DNA of 64,000 bases from an uncultured Pseudomonadota bacterium (lineage in GTDB: Bacteria; JAMCPX01). Made by a program: the position numbers and the translations under genes. The notes below the pieces were generated by a model. The model was given only the letters and a program-made list of their open reading frames with translations. It did not search any database and was not told the origin of the DNA. Numbering within the stretch: the first letter of the stretch is position 1; each line of letters opens with the position of its first letter. This document shows positions 7,886 through 16,270 of the stretch, piece by piece. The stretch spans positions 11,049-75,048 of the forward strand of contig CAZJPN010000050.1 of the NCBI GenBank assembly GCA_964547905.1, in the 5' to 3' direction.

Positions 7886-9415
7886 TTAAAATCCTTTTAT
7901 CCTATTAGCCTTCTTCTGTTCAAGCTTATTCAAAGCGTTTATGTATGCCTTGGCGCTTGCAACAATGATGTCCGTATCAGAACCGGTGTCGCTCACGGTA
8001 TGACTATCCTCTTCTATCCTGACCGATACCTCGCCCTGCGCATCCGTTCCGCCCGTTATCGCATTTACCTGATATCTCATGAGCCTGCTTTTCGTTTTTG
8101 TTATCGAGGTAATGGTCTTATAAACAGCGTCAACAGGCCCATCACCACTGCCGCTCTCGGTCACAACGTTCCCATCCATATTTATCTTTACCGTTGCTGT
8201 TGGGAGCATATCCGTTCCAGAGGAAACATTCACAGATTCAAGTTTATACTTCTCGGCCCACTTAAGAACCCTGTCCGCTATAATAGCCTCGATGTCCTCA
8301 TCGTAAACCTCTTTTTTCTTATCCGCTATCTGCTTAAAGACAACAAAGGCGTTGTCTATCTGCTCGTCTGTCAATTCATACCCGAGTGATTTTACCCTTT
8401 CTCTGAACGCATGCCTGCCTGAATGCTTGCCGAGAACAAGCATGTTCGAGGGTAAACCTATCGATTGAGGCGTCATTATCTCGTAGGTGAGTTTTTCTTT
8501 CAATACCCCGTCCTGATGGATGCCTGCCTCATGTGCGAACGCGTTTGCACCGACGATAGCCTTGTTCGGCTGTACCGATATACCGGTAATCTGACTGAGC
8601 AGCCTGCTTGACGGATAGATCTGTTCTGTAACGGCATCGGTGTAGAAATTAAAAAAGTTTTTTCTTGTTTTCAATGCCATTACTATTTCTTCAAGAGCAG
8701 CATTCCCAGCCCTCTCACCTATGCCGTTTATGGTACACTCTATCTGTCTCGCTCCTGCCTTAAGGGCTGCAAGCGAGTTGGCAACCGCAAGACCAAGGTC
8801 ATTGTGACAGTGTACGCTGATAACAACCGAATCCGGAGCTTTTATATTCGCCTTTACATATCTTATAAGCTCAGAAAATTCGTCAGGGGTAGTATATCCA
8901 ACAGTATCGGGAATATTTATGGTTGTTGCACCGGCATCAACCGCCGCCTGACATACCTTCATAAGATAGTCTTTGTCGCTTCGTGTTGCATCCTCTGCCG
9001 AAAATTCCACGTCTTTGACAAACCCTTTTGCAAGTGCAACAGACTCGGCGGTCATCTGTATTACCTCATCTCTGGTCTTCTTCAGTTTCGCCTTCAGGTG
9101 AATGTCGGAGGTTGCAACAAAAACATGTATCCTGGGCTTGTCTGCAGATTTCAATGCCTCATAGGCCCTTTCCACATCCGTCCTGTTTGTCCTTGCGAGC
9201 CCTGCAATGGTTATATCCTTTACATTGGAGGCTATCTCTCTAACAGCCTCAAAATCGCCGATCGATGCTATCGGAAAACCGGCTTCGATGATATCCACAT
9301 TCAACCGCTTTAACTGCTGGGCTATCTTTAACTTCTCCTGTATGTTCATACTTGAACCTGGAGATTGTTCTCCATCTCTTAATGTTGTATCAAATATTAA
9401 AATTCTATTATTCAT
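7886..9415 (-). CDS. leuA: 2-isopropylmalate synthase
   Basis: Start set at MNNRILIFDTTLRDGEQ, preceded by a strong AAGGAGG RBS 7 nt upstream. HMGL-like TIM barrel plus LeuA dimerisation domain. The 29-codon upstream extension in the ORF track was rejected. Confidence 0.9.
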   Translation of the reverse strand: MNNRILIFDTTLRDGEQSPGSSMNIQEKLKIAQQLKRLNVDIIEAGFPIASIGDFEAVREIASNVKDITIAGLARTNRTDVERAYEALKSADKPRIHVFVATSDIHLKAKLKKTRDEVIQMTAESVALAKGFVKDVEFSAEDATRSDKDYLMKVCQAAVDAGATTINIPDTVGYTTPDEFSELIRYVKANIKAPDSVVISVHCHNDLGLAVANSLAALKAGARQIECTINGIGERAGNAALEEIVMALKTRKNFFNFYTDAVTEQIYPSSRLLSQITGISVQPNKAIVGANAFAHEAGIHQDGVLKEKLTYEIMTPQSIGLPSNMLVLGKHSGRHAFRERVKSLGYELTDEQIDNAFVVFKQIADKKKEVYDEDIEAIIADRVLKWAEKYKLESVNVSSGTDMLPTATVKINMDGNVVTESGSGDGPVDAVYKTITSITKTKSRLMRYQVNAITGGTDAQGEVSVRIEEDSHTVSDTGSDTDIIVASAKAYINALNKLEQKKANRIKGF

Positions 9416-9543
9416 TTTATCCTCCTTTTTATCATTTCGTCCTCTTAATATGGGATTCAGTTCATCCTGCTGATGCGTCATTCTATGCGAATTGAAATCC
9501 ACTTGTTTAAATCGGGTATTAAAAAATTAAAAATGGTACTATT

Positions 9544-10416
9544 TTAAATAGTTAGTTTCTTTGCTCCCCTTTGGGGGAGTAGGAGGGCGATCAGACCGGA
9601 TGCCGTATAAATAATGAATATGGCAAACAACATTTTGATCGGCTCAAGCACGATCAAAGACATCATTATTATTGCAAGCATCAAAAATGAAACAGGTTTT
9701 TCCTTTATCATGTCCGCATTTTTAAAACTTTTATATTTTACAGTGCTTATCATGAGCAGTCCGGATATAAGGACAAGCAGCAGTATTGTAAAATGCTGTG
9801 AGAGTATAAAATCGATCGGTTTGTTCAATATAAGATCAATCGGGTGCTTTATCATGGAAGAAAACAATGCCTTCTTATCTTCGTCAAGACCTGTTGACGG
9901 TGTAACATAGAGTAAAATAGTCGTCGTCACGAGTCCTGCTGCAGCAGGAGACGGCAGACCGTTGAACACACTCTTTTCTACAGTATCTATTTGAGTATTA
10001 AACCTCGCCAGCCTTATTGCAGCGCATGCTACATATATAAATGCAATGACCCACCCAACCCTTCCAAACGAGCTCAGTGCAATAGAATATGCGAGAAATG
10101 CCGGAGCCACACCAAACCCTACAAGATCAGAGAGCGAATCATACTCAACACCAAAAGCACTCGTCGTATGGGTAAGCCTTGCCACCTTGCCGTCAATGCC
10201 GTCAAAAAAGATGGAAAATATAATAGCAATTGCACCATAGAAATAGCTGCCGTTAAATGTCGCTATAATTGAATAAAAACCGGAAAACAGGCTTGCAGAG
10301 GTAAACAGGTTTGGCAGTATATAAATGCCCCTGCTCATACCCCTTGCCGGTCTCTTCTCTGGCACGGTCTCTTTTTCGTAAGTCTTGTTTATTTCTACAA
10401 TATTTTTTTCATTCAT
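9544..10416 (-). CDS. pssA: CDP-diacylglycerol--serine O-phosphatidyltransferase (CDP-alcohol phosphatidyltransferase family)
   Basis: DG.DG..AR…SAFG.E.DSL.DLV.FGVAP motif and multiple TM helices. Translationally coupled to psd (ATG 3 nt after the psd stop). The start codon is uncertain. Confidence 0.8.
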   Translation of the reverse strand: MNEKNIVEINKTYEKETVPEKRPARGMSRGIYILPNLFTSASLFSGFYSIIATFNGSYFYGAIAIIFSIFFDGIDGKVARLTHTTSAFGVEYDSLSDLVGFGVAPAFLAYSIALSSFGRVGWVIAFIYVACAAIRLARFNTQIDTVEKSVFNGLPSPAAAGLVTTTILLYVTPSTGLDEDKKALFSSMIKHPIDLILNKPIDFILSQHFTILLLVLISGLLMISTVKYKSFKNADMIKEKPVSFLMLAIIMMSLIVLEPIKMLFAIFIIYTASGLIALLLPQRGAKKLTI

Positions 10417-10419
10417 ACA

Positions 10420-11055
10420 TTACACAGCTATTATGGTTTCGCCTGCTTTTACTTTATCACCTATACGTACCTTAATCTCTCTATCAGGTTCAACATAAAC
10501 GTCAAGCCTTGAACCAAGTTTAATCATACCATATCTTTTACCGGTTGTCATCTTAGATCCCTTATCCGCATTGCACACTATCCTTCGTGCAACAGATCCC
10601 GCAATCTGCACGGCCACAAGCTTTCGCCCCTTTTCATCGTTTATAAATAATGCCGTCTGTTCGTTCAGTTCCGATGCCTTGTCGGCATAAGCAACATGAA
10701 ATATACCCGGGTTATATTTCTTCTCAATTACAATTCCGTGAACAGGAAACCTGTTTACATGCACATTAAACACGGACATAAAAATACTGAGACACACAGC
10801 GTCTTTTCCCATAAATTGTTCATACTTGTTGTTTTTTGCAATCTTAATAACTGTACCGTCCGCAGGAGAGATAACATAATCACCACTCGGGGTATTCCTC
10901 TCTGGATTTCTGAAAAACAACATCACAAATACCAACAACAATATCGAAGGTATGTACAAAATATATCCATGCCTTATCAGGAACCCTATAACTGCGAGTA
11001 TAAACAAAAATCCTATGTATACCCATCCGTCTTTTACAATAAAATTATTGTCCAT
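10420..11055 (-). CDS. psd: Phosphatidylserine decarboxylase proenzyme (short archaeal-type family)
   Basis: 211 aa with an N-terminal TM segment. Conserved LGS self-cleavage motif (…MIKLGSRLDVY…). Gene order pssA-psd. Confidence 0.8.
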   Translation of the reverse strand: MDNNFIVKDGWVYIGFLFILAVIGFLIRHGYILYIPSILLLVFVMLFFRNPERNTPSGDYVISPADGTVIKIAKNNKYEQFMGKDAVCLSIFMSVFNVHVNRFPVHGIVIEKKYNPGIFHVAYADKASELNEQTALFINDEKGRKLVAVQIAGSVARRIVCNADKGSKMTTGKRYGMIKLGSRLDVYVEPDREIKVRIGDKVKAGETIIAV

Positions 11056-11156
11056 ACGTTAAAATATATACATTATAATTCAAAATTTGCAAAGAATTTT
11101 ATCCCTTGACAATACTTTTTGTTTTAATGTTATGGTTATCACAAAGGAGTTAGAGT

Positions 11157-12443
11157 ATGGATAGACCACATTCCAGTAATTATTTTAAAAAGGCTAAAGA
11201 TCTCATGCCGGGCGGGGTCAACAGTCCTGTAAGGGCTTTTAAGGCTGTAGGAGACGATCCTATTGTCGTTACCCGTGCAAAAGGCAACAGGCTTTATGAT
11301 GCAGACGGCAACAAGTATATTGATTATTGCATGTCCTGGGGACCGATGATCCTTGGTCATGGGAATATAAAGGTGCTGAACGAAATAAGAAAGGCTATAA
11401 GGAATGGCACAAGCTTTGGTACACTATGTCCTTCAGAGATAAGGCTTGCAGAGCTTATTTTAGATGCTTACCCTTCGATAGAGCTTGTGCGCATGGTGAG
11501 TTCAGGCACAGAGGCGACCATGAGTGCTGTAAGAGTGGCACGTGCATATACAAAAAGGGATAAGATCGTAAAATTTGAAGGTGGGTATCATGGTCATTCA
11601 GACCAATTTCTCATTAAGGCTGGTTCCGGTTTAACAACACTGGGAACACCATCCAGTCCCGGTGTGCCGGAGGCATTTGCAGCAACGACACGAACGCTAC
11701 CATACAACGATTTAAATGCCGCTCAAAAACTTATTACGGAAAAGTCAAAAGAGATCGCCGCTGTTATAGTAGAACCTGTAGCAGGCAATATCGGTGTCGT
11801 ATTGCCGGATAAAGGATTCCTTGAAACTTTGAGAGAACTGACCATAAAGCATGGTATAGTCCTTATATTCGACGAGGTAATAACCGGATTCAGAATTTCC
11901 CTGTCAGGAGCACAGGATAGATTCAACATAAAACCTGATATGACAACACTCGGAAAGATCATAGGCGGCGGCTTACCTGTCGGGGCTTACGGCGGGAGAA
12001 AAGACATTATGCAGCTTATTTCGCCTGAAGGACCGGTTTATCAAGCTGGAACACTCTCTGGTAATCCTGTTGCAATGGCAGCAGGCATAGCTACTATAAA
12101 AGAGATAAAATCAAAACCATTGTTCTATAAAGATCTGGAGAAAAAAACAGAACATCTCGTGTATGGTTTAAAGGATGCTGCAAGGCTTGCAGAAAAAAAG
12201 ATAACCGTAAACTCAATAGCATCCATGTTCACGCCTTTCTTTACAGACAGACCTGTAAAAGACCTGCAATCAGCCATGACATCCGACACAAAGCAATACG
12301 CCAGTTTTTTTCATCTCATGTTTGAAAGGGGCGTTTATTTACCACCATCACAGTTTGAGGCCCATTTTGTTTCAATGGCGCACACAACCAATGACATAGA
12401 CAGGACGATAAAATATGCATACGAGGCTTTCAAGAAGCTGTGA
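11157..12443 (+). CDS. hemL: Glutamate-1-semialdehyde 2,1-aminomutase
   Basis: PGGVNSPVRAF N-terminal motif. Class-III aminotransferase fold, 428 aa. AAAGGAG RBS. Confidence 0.9.
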   Translation: MDRPHSSNYFKKAKDLMPGGVNSPVRAFKAVGDDPIVVTRAKGNRLYDADGNKYIDYCMSWGPMILGHGNIKVLNEIRKAIRNGTSFGTLCPSEIRLAELILDAYPSIELVRMVSSGTEATMSAVRVARAYTKRDKIVKFEGGYHGHSDQFLIKAGSGLTTLGTPSSPGVPEAFAATTRTLPYNDLNAAQKLITEKSKEIAAVIVEPVAGNIGVVLPDKGFLETLRELTIKHGIVLIFDEVITGFRISLSGAQDRFNIKPDMTTLGKIIGGGLPVGAYGGRKDIMQLISPEGPVYQAGTLSGNPVAMAAGIATIKEIKSKPLFYKDLEKKTEHLVYGLKDAARLAEKKITVNSIASMFTPFFTDRPVKDLQSAMTSDTKQYASFFHLMFERGVYLPPSQFEAHFVSMAHTTNDIDRTIKYAYEAFKKL

Positions 12444-12448
12444 GCGGC

Positions 12449-12477
12449 TTAAACCGTTTAAACTGTTTAAATAGTTA
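12449..12477. repeat. Intergenic copy of the 18-nt GTTTAAAC-centred minisatellite also found inside polA
   Basis: gcggcttaaACCGTTTAAACTGTTTAAATAGTtaag. Shares the exact 15-mer AACTGTTTAAATAGT with polA DNA at ~52781-52795. Confidence 0.7.
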
Positions 12478-12565
12478 AGAAAGTGGATCGCACGACTCAT
12501 CCACCCCAAGCTTCACTTGGGTGCCTGATGGGGACCCCCTTCGCTCGTTACACAAACCCCCTATT

Positions 12566-12590
12566 TTCCAAATGCATTTTTGGGGTTAAT
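12566..12590. repeat. Post-stop palindromic element (family TTAACCCGAAAAATGCATTTTTCGGGTTAA), copy at the def 3' end
   Basis: ccaaaTGCATTTTTGGGGTTAAtcc. The TTA at 12586-88 is the def stop codon (minus strand). Confidence 0.7.
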
Positions 12591-13098
12591 CCTTGCTTGA
12601 TTTCGATTCTTTTTTAAGGGATTTTATATATGCGTTTCTTTTTAAAAGAGATGCATGTTCAATGAGCGTAATACCATTGAGGTGATCCATTTCATGCTGT
12701 ATGACAGTTGCAAGCAGATCCGTAGCCTCCAAAATCAGGTCCTTGCCATTCCTATCATAGCCTTTTATCACAACCCTCGCCGCCCTTTTTACCTCTATCC
12801 GAAAATCAGGTACACTCAGACATCCTTCTTCTAGAGAAGACTCCCCTTCCGATTCAACAATAACCGGGTTTATAACAGCGATGATCCGCCTTTTATCGTC
12901 CCCAATAGGTACATCCGCTACAAACAATGCTTTTTCTTTTCCTACCTGCGTAGCAGCAAGACCTATACCTGATGCAACATGCATTGTCTCATACATATTA
13001 TCTATAAATCCCTGCAGCTCGCCATTTATATCTTTTATTTCTTTAGCCTTACGCTTCAGTATCTTTTCCGGATATCTGTATATCTTGTAGATCGACAT
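12586..13098 (-). CDS. def: Peptide deformylase
   Basis: GIGLAATQVG, EGCLSVPD and HEMDHLNG motifs. Confidence 0.92.
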   Translation of the reverse strand: MSIYKIYRYPEKILKRKAKEIKDINGELQGFIDNMYETMHVASGIGLAATQVGKEKALFVADVPIGDDKRRIIAVINPVIVESEGESSLEEGCLSVPDFRIEVKRAARVVIKGYDRNGKDLILEATDLLATVIQHEMDHLNGITLIEHASLLKRNAYIKSLKKESKSSKD

Positions 13099-14504
13099 TA
13101 TCCAACCTTTTCGAGTAGTTCCAATTGCTTTTTTGACTCCCTGTGATTCGGATTGTGCACAAGTGCCTTGAGAAAATATCCTCTTGCAGTCTTATAATCC
13201 TGTTTGTTTTTGTATATAATGCCCAGATAGTAATAATTACGTGCCTCGGTCGGATTAAGTTCTACAGCCTTTGAGAATGACCGCTCGGCAGCTTCGACGT
13301 TAACAGGATGATTGCTAAAACTCATGGTTTCCAGGATAGCCAATCCCGTATGGTACTCGGAGATGTTTGGATCATTGCTTATAGCCGTATTGAACATTTT
13401 ATAAGCCTCGGTATATTTCTTCTCGTTTACGTAAACCCTTCCTCTTTCAAAACTCTGTCTTGCAAGTACAGGGTCGGTCTCCGTAAATAATATACTTTTA
13501 TCCTGCTCACTTATCTCTTTTGTATATTTTTCTCTTGTCGAATCTTTATAAAGGATTGTAAATGCTTCGAGTATCTGATTGTACATCTGCAATGCAAGCG
13601 GTTTTATATCTTTATCATCCGTCTCTGCAAATCTATCAGGATGATAATTTTTTGATAATAGTGTAAAAGATGAGAGAATCTGCTCTTTTGTGGCACTCAT
13701 ATCAAGTCCGAGCTTTTCAAAAAGATTCATTGTTTGGAATTTCTCAAGTTTATCCTCTATCTCCGACTTCAGTGAGGCATTTGTGGTTGTTTCTTTCTTT
13801 TCCTCGCCTGGATAAATAAAACCGAGTAGGTTTAAGACACCTATGATCTGTATTGCTTTTAACTCACCCATGCCTGCATTCGCTATAACATCACTCAGGG
13901 TTTTGGTACCATCTATAAGATTATAGAACTTCTCTCCATTCGTATTCTTTATAATATTCAGGCCCTCGGATATAGCTGTATTTTTCCGCATAATGACATT
14001 CGAATGTCCGATGATCTCTTTCAGTTTGTCAGGACTGAATTTTCTCTTTACACCTTCTATCATGAGATCCCATAAGCTCAGATCAAGGGTTATGACCTCA
14101 TTGCTGAAGTGCACATCTTCTATGAAGTTATATTCTGCATCATCGAGTTCAAATATCGAATAAATGATTTCCGAAACCTGTTTTATGACAAGATCGAAAA
14201 GTTGTTCAGGGGTTATGATATTCATGTCTACAAGTACAGTTCCGAGTCTGTTACCCGTTTTCATTACCTCTTTCAGTGCAATATCAAGCTGCTCCTCTGT
14301 TGCTATGTTTAATTTTAATACCATTGCGCCCATTCTGTCAGAAGGCAGGTTGGAAGCCGAAAAAATAGGCTTACCATTTGACAGGTACACTATCTTAACC
14401 TCAGGGCCGTTTGTCAGCCTGAGTATGCCTTTAACCCTAGCTGTATGTAAACTCATAAGAAGTTTCAGAAACGGAGTATTTTTTAATCTACCTTTATTAA
14501 GCAT
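13098..14504 (-). CDS. DUF4388 domain / J-domain (DnaJ) / TPR-repeat protein
   Basis: N-terminal DUF4388-like segment (…LLMSLHTARVKGILRLTNG…IVYLSNGKPIFSAS…). Central J domain with an HPD motif (…LSKNYHPDRFAE…). C-terminal TPR-like repeats (…AYKMFNTAISNDPN…). Confidence 0.6.
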   Translation of the reverse strand: MLNKGRLKNTPFLKLLMSLHTARVKGILRLTNGPEVKIVYLSNGKPIFSASNLPSDRMGAMVLKLNIATEEQLDIALKEVMKTGNRLGTVLVDMNIITPEQLFDLVIKQVSEIIYSIFELDDAEYNFIEDVHFSNEVITLDLSLWDLMIEGVKRKFSPDKLKEIIGHSNVIMRKNTAISEGLNIIKNTNGEKFYNLIDGTKTLSDVIANAGMGELKAIQIIGVLNLLGFIYPGEEKKETTTNASLKSEIEDKLEKFQTMNLFEKLGLDMSATKEQILSSFTLLSKNYHPDRFAETDDKDIKPLALQMYNQILEAFTILYKDSTREKYTKEISEQDKSILFTETDPVLARQSFERGRVYVNEKKYTEAYKMFNTAISNDPNISEYHTGLAILETMSFSNHPVNVEAAERSFSKAVELNPTEARNYYYLGIIYKNKQDYKTARGYFLKALVHNPNHRESKKQLELLEKVG

Positions 14505-14534
14505 TTGTTTTTTATTTAAGCACAGTTATCAAAT

Positions 14535-14996
14535 CTATTCAACTGTAATTCTTTTCAATTTCTTGATAGTCTTCTGTTTCTTTTTGCCGGTGAGTATTTC
14601 TTTTATGCTCCATAGTACCTGCATCCTCGGGTCTGTTGAATCTTCTTTTCCTAATTTTGTCAGCTCCTCGTCTACCATGTTGTTTATCATATATATTATT
14701 TCCCCGGCATCTGCCGGCATTTCACCTATTCGTAAAGGATCTATGATCCTCTTTATTACGACATTTAAAATTAATTGCATAGTTGTAAGGAGTGATGATA
14801 ATGCCTTTGCGGTAGGCATATTCTCGTAACCTTCGATTATTTGTTTTACGAACTCTATAACATCGTCCAGCGCAAGTATGTCTTCTCTATTTGCAGTCAA
14901 AAAATGTTGTTTCGCAGAACGAAGCGACTGCAGCGCGGCGGGATTCAATTTACCTTTTGTACCCTTGTTTTTCATATAAAAACAATCTTTAACCAA
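14535..14996 (-). CDS. Hypothetical protein (153 aa), translationally overlapped with the upstream ArsA-family ATPase gene
   Basis: No recognisable motifs. Lys-rich C-terminus. 25-nt overlap with the arsA-like gene suggests co-expression. Confidence 0.4.
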   Translation of the reverse strand: MVKDCFYMKNKGTKGKLNPAALQSLRSAKQHFLTANREDILALDDVIEFVKQIIEGYENMPTAKALSSLLTTMQLILNVVIKRIIDPLRIGEMPADAGEIIYMINNMVDEELTKLGKEDSTDPRMQVLWSIKEILTGKKKQKTIKKLKRITVE

Positions 14997-16132
14997 TCGC
15001 CCTCTATAGTTGCCTCTTTTATCTGTCTCGTTTGAAGAGCCCTCGGCAGCATGAGATTACGCTGAAAATTTTTTATTTTAATTATAAGTTCGTCTCCGCT
15101 TGTAATAAGTCCTATATCCTCTTTTTTAACACCCGGCATCTTTATCATAAGCAGAAAATGATCCCCTTTCTTGCTTATCTTGATAGGGGCATCTTTATTA
15201 AAACATGTCGTAGGATCGTCTTCTTTGAACAAACCTTGTGCAAATTTTAACAGCGACGCTATTCCAACCATCTCTCTGTCATAAAGGATTGATTTGAAAA
15301 TAGGAGTTCCATGAAACACCCGGGCTATATGCTTGATATGTTTATCCTGTATACCAAGCCAGTTGGACAGGTAAGAGTTATTGATTTCCTGCGGATAGAC
15401 CTTGTTTACCACAAGGGCATCAACCGTAAATCCGAACATGTTCAGGTACGTGTACGCACGCTGAGATTCATTTATAACCATCTTCTCAGGATTTATGACG
15501 AGCCTTATTGTCGTAATATTACTGTCCAAGAGCAATCCTTTGATTTTTATCATTTTGAGATACAGCTTCTCAATAGAACCGTAAACTTCATCTTTTGGAA
15601 AAGGGATCCGTGTTATCCTTTCGGCAGCAGGCCTTACAATCTTTGCTATTTTTCTGCCTATATTGAAAAACTTATCCATGTACCATTGAAATATTTCAGG
15701 AAAGCTCAGCAGTCTTATGGTACTGGCTGTCGGTGCACAGTCTATGATTATAGTGTCATAATTGCCATCCTGTTTAAACTCAAGCAGCTTGAGGAGGCTG
15801 AATAATTCTTCCATGCCCGGGAGTGTTGCAAGCTCGTCGGACATAAGTTCGTCAAGCCCCTGACTCTGAAGCAGGGTCTTTACGTAAGATTCTATTTTGC
15901 CCCAGTTATCCGCTATCTCTTTATAGATGTCTATTTCCTGACCATACAGGTTTTCCTTTAATTTCTGAGGGGTATTGCCTATCTGGATCGAAAACGCATC
16001 GGAAAGACTATGAGCAGCGTCCGTACTCAGAACAATTGTTTTATGTCCGAGTTCAGATGCAAGCACAGCAGTAGCGGCAGATACTGTGGTCTTGCCAACC
16101 CCGCCTTTTCCTGTGTAGAGTATTACCCGCAT
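14972..16132 (-). CDS. ArsA/Get3-family P-loop ATPase with a C-terminal HSP20-like (alpha-crystallin-type) domain
   Basis: Deviant Walker A KGGVGKTT at the N-terminus. ArsA-family A-loop region. ~80-aa C-terminal beta-rich extension (…HFLLMIKMPGVKKEDIGLITSGDELIIKIKNFQRNLMLP…) resembling the ArsA HSP20-like domain. Confidence 0.7.
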   Translation of the reverse strand: MRVILYTGKGGVGKTTVSAATAVLASELGHKTIVLSTDAAHSLSDAFSIQIGNTPQKLKENLYGQEIDIYKEIADNWGKIESYVKTLLQSQGLDELMSDELATLPGMEELFSLLKLLEFKQDGNYDTIIIDCAPTASTIRLLSFPEIFQWYMDKFFNIGRKIAKIVRPAAERITRIPFPKDEVYGSIEKLYLKMIKIKGLLLDSNITTIRLVINPEKMVINESQRAYTYLNMFGFTVDALVVNKVYPQEINNSYLSNWLGIQDKHIKHIARVFHGTPIFKSILYDREMVGIASLLKFAQGLFKEDDPTTCFNKDAPIKISKKGDHFLLMIKMPGVKKEDIGLITSGDELIIKIKNFQRNLMLPRALQTRQIKEATIEGDWLKIVFI

Positions 16133-16176
16133 ATCATTATTTTAAGTTTTTTTTTATAGGACGGTCAATCATATTC

Positions 16177-16264
16177 TTAACCCAAAAAATGCAATAGGGA
16201 GGTTTGTTCCTTCGCTCCGTGTACCTACCCGAAGAGAATGAGGGTAGGGGGAATTTTCGGGTTA
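16177..16264. repeat. Split copy of the post-stop palindromic element with a 57-nt insertion
   Basis: TTAACCCAAAAAATGCAA-[tagggaggtttgttccttcgctccgtgtaCCTACCCgaagagaatgagGGTAGGgggaa]-TTTTCGGGTTAA. The insert carries its own CCTACCC/GGGTAGG stem. It lies between the cobA/hemD stop and the arsA-like start. Confidence 0.65.
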
Positions 16265-16270
16265 AAAAGC

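Noticed and set aside
9416-9502. 29-codon N-terminal extension of leuA (MDFNSHRMTHQQDELNPILRGRNDKKEDK) given in the ORF track; also considered as a leucine leader peptide
   Set aside because: A strong AAGGAGG sits 7 nt before the internal MNNRILIFDTTLRDGEQ start. The extension has no Leu-rich run and no leader-peptide/terminator architecture.
9561-9576. Stem-loop CTCCCCTTTGGGGGAG that looked like a terminator between pssA and leuA
   Set aside because: It lies inside the pssA coding region (it encodes …LLPQRGAKK…), upstream of the stop at 9544. It is not a terminator.
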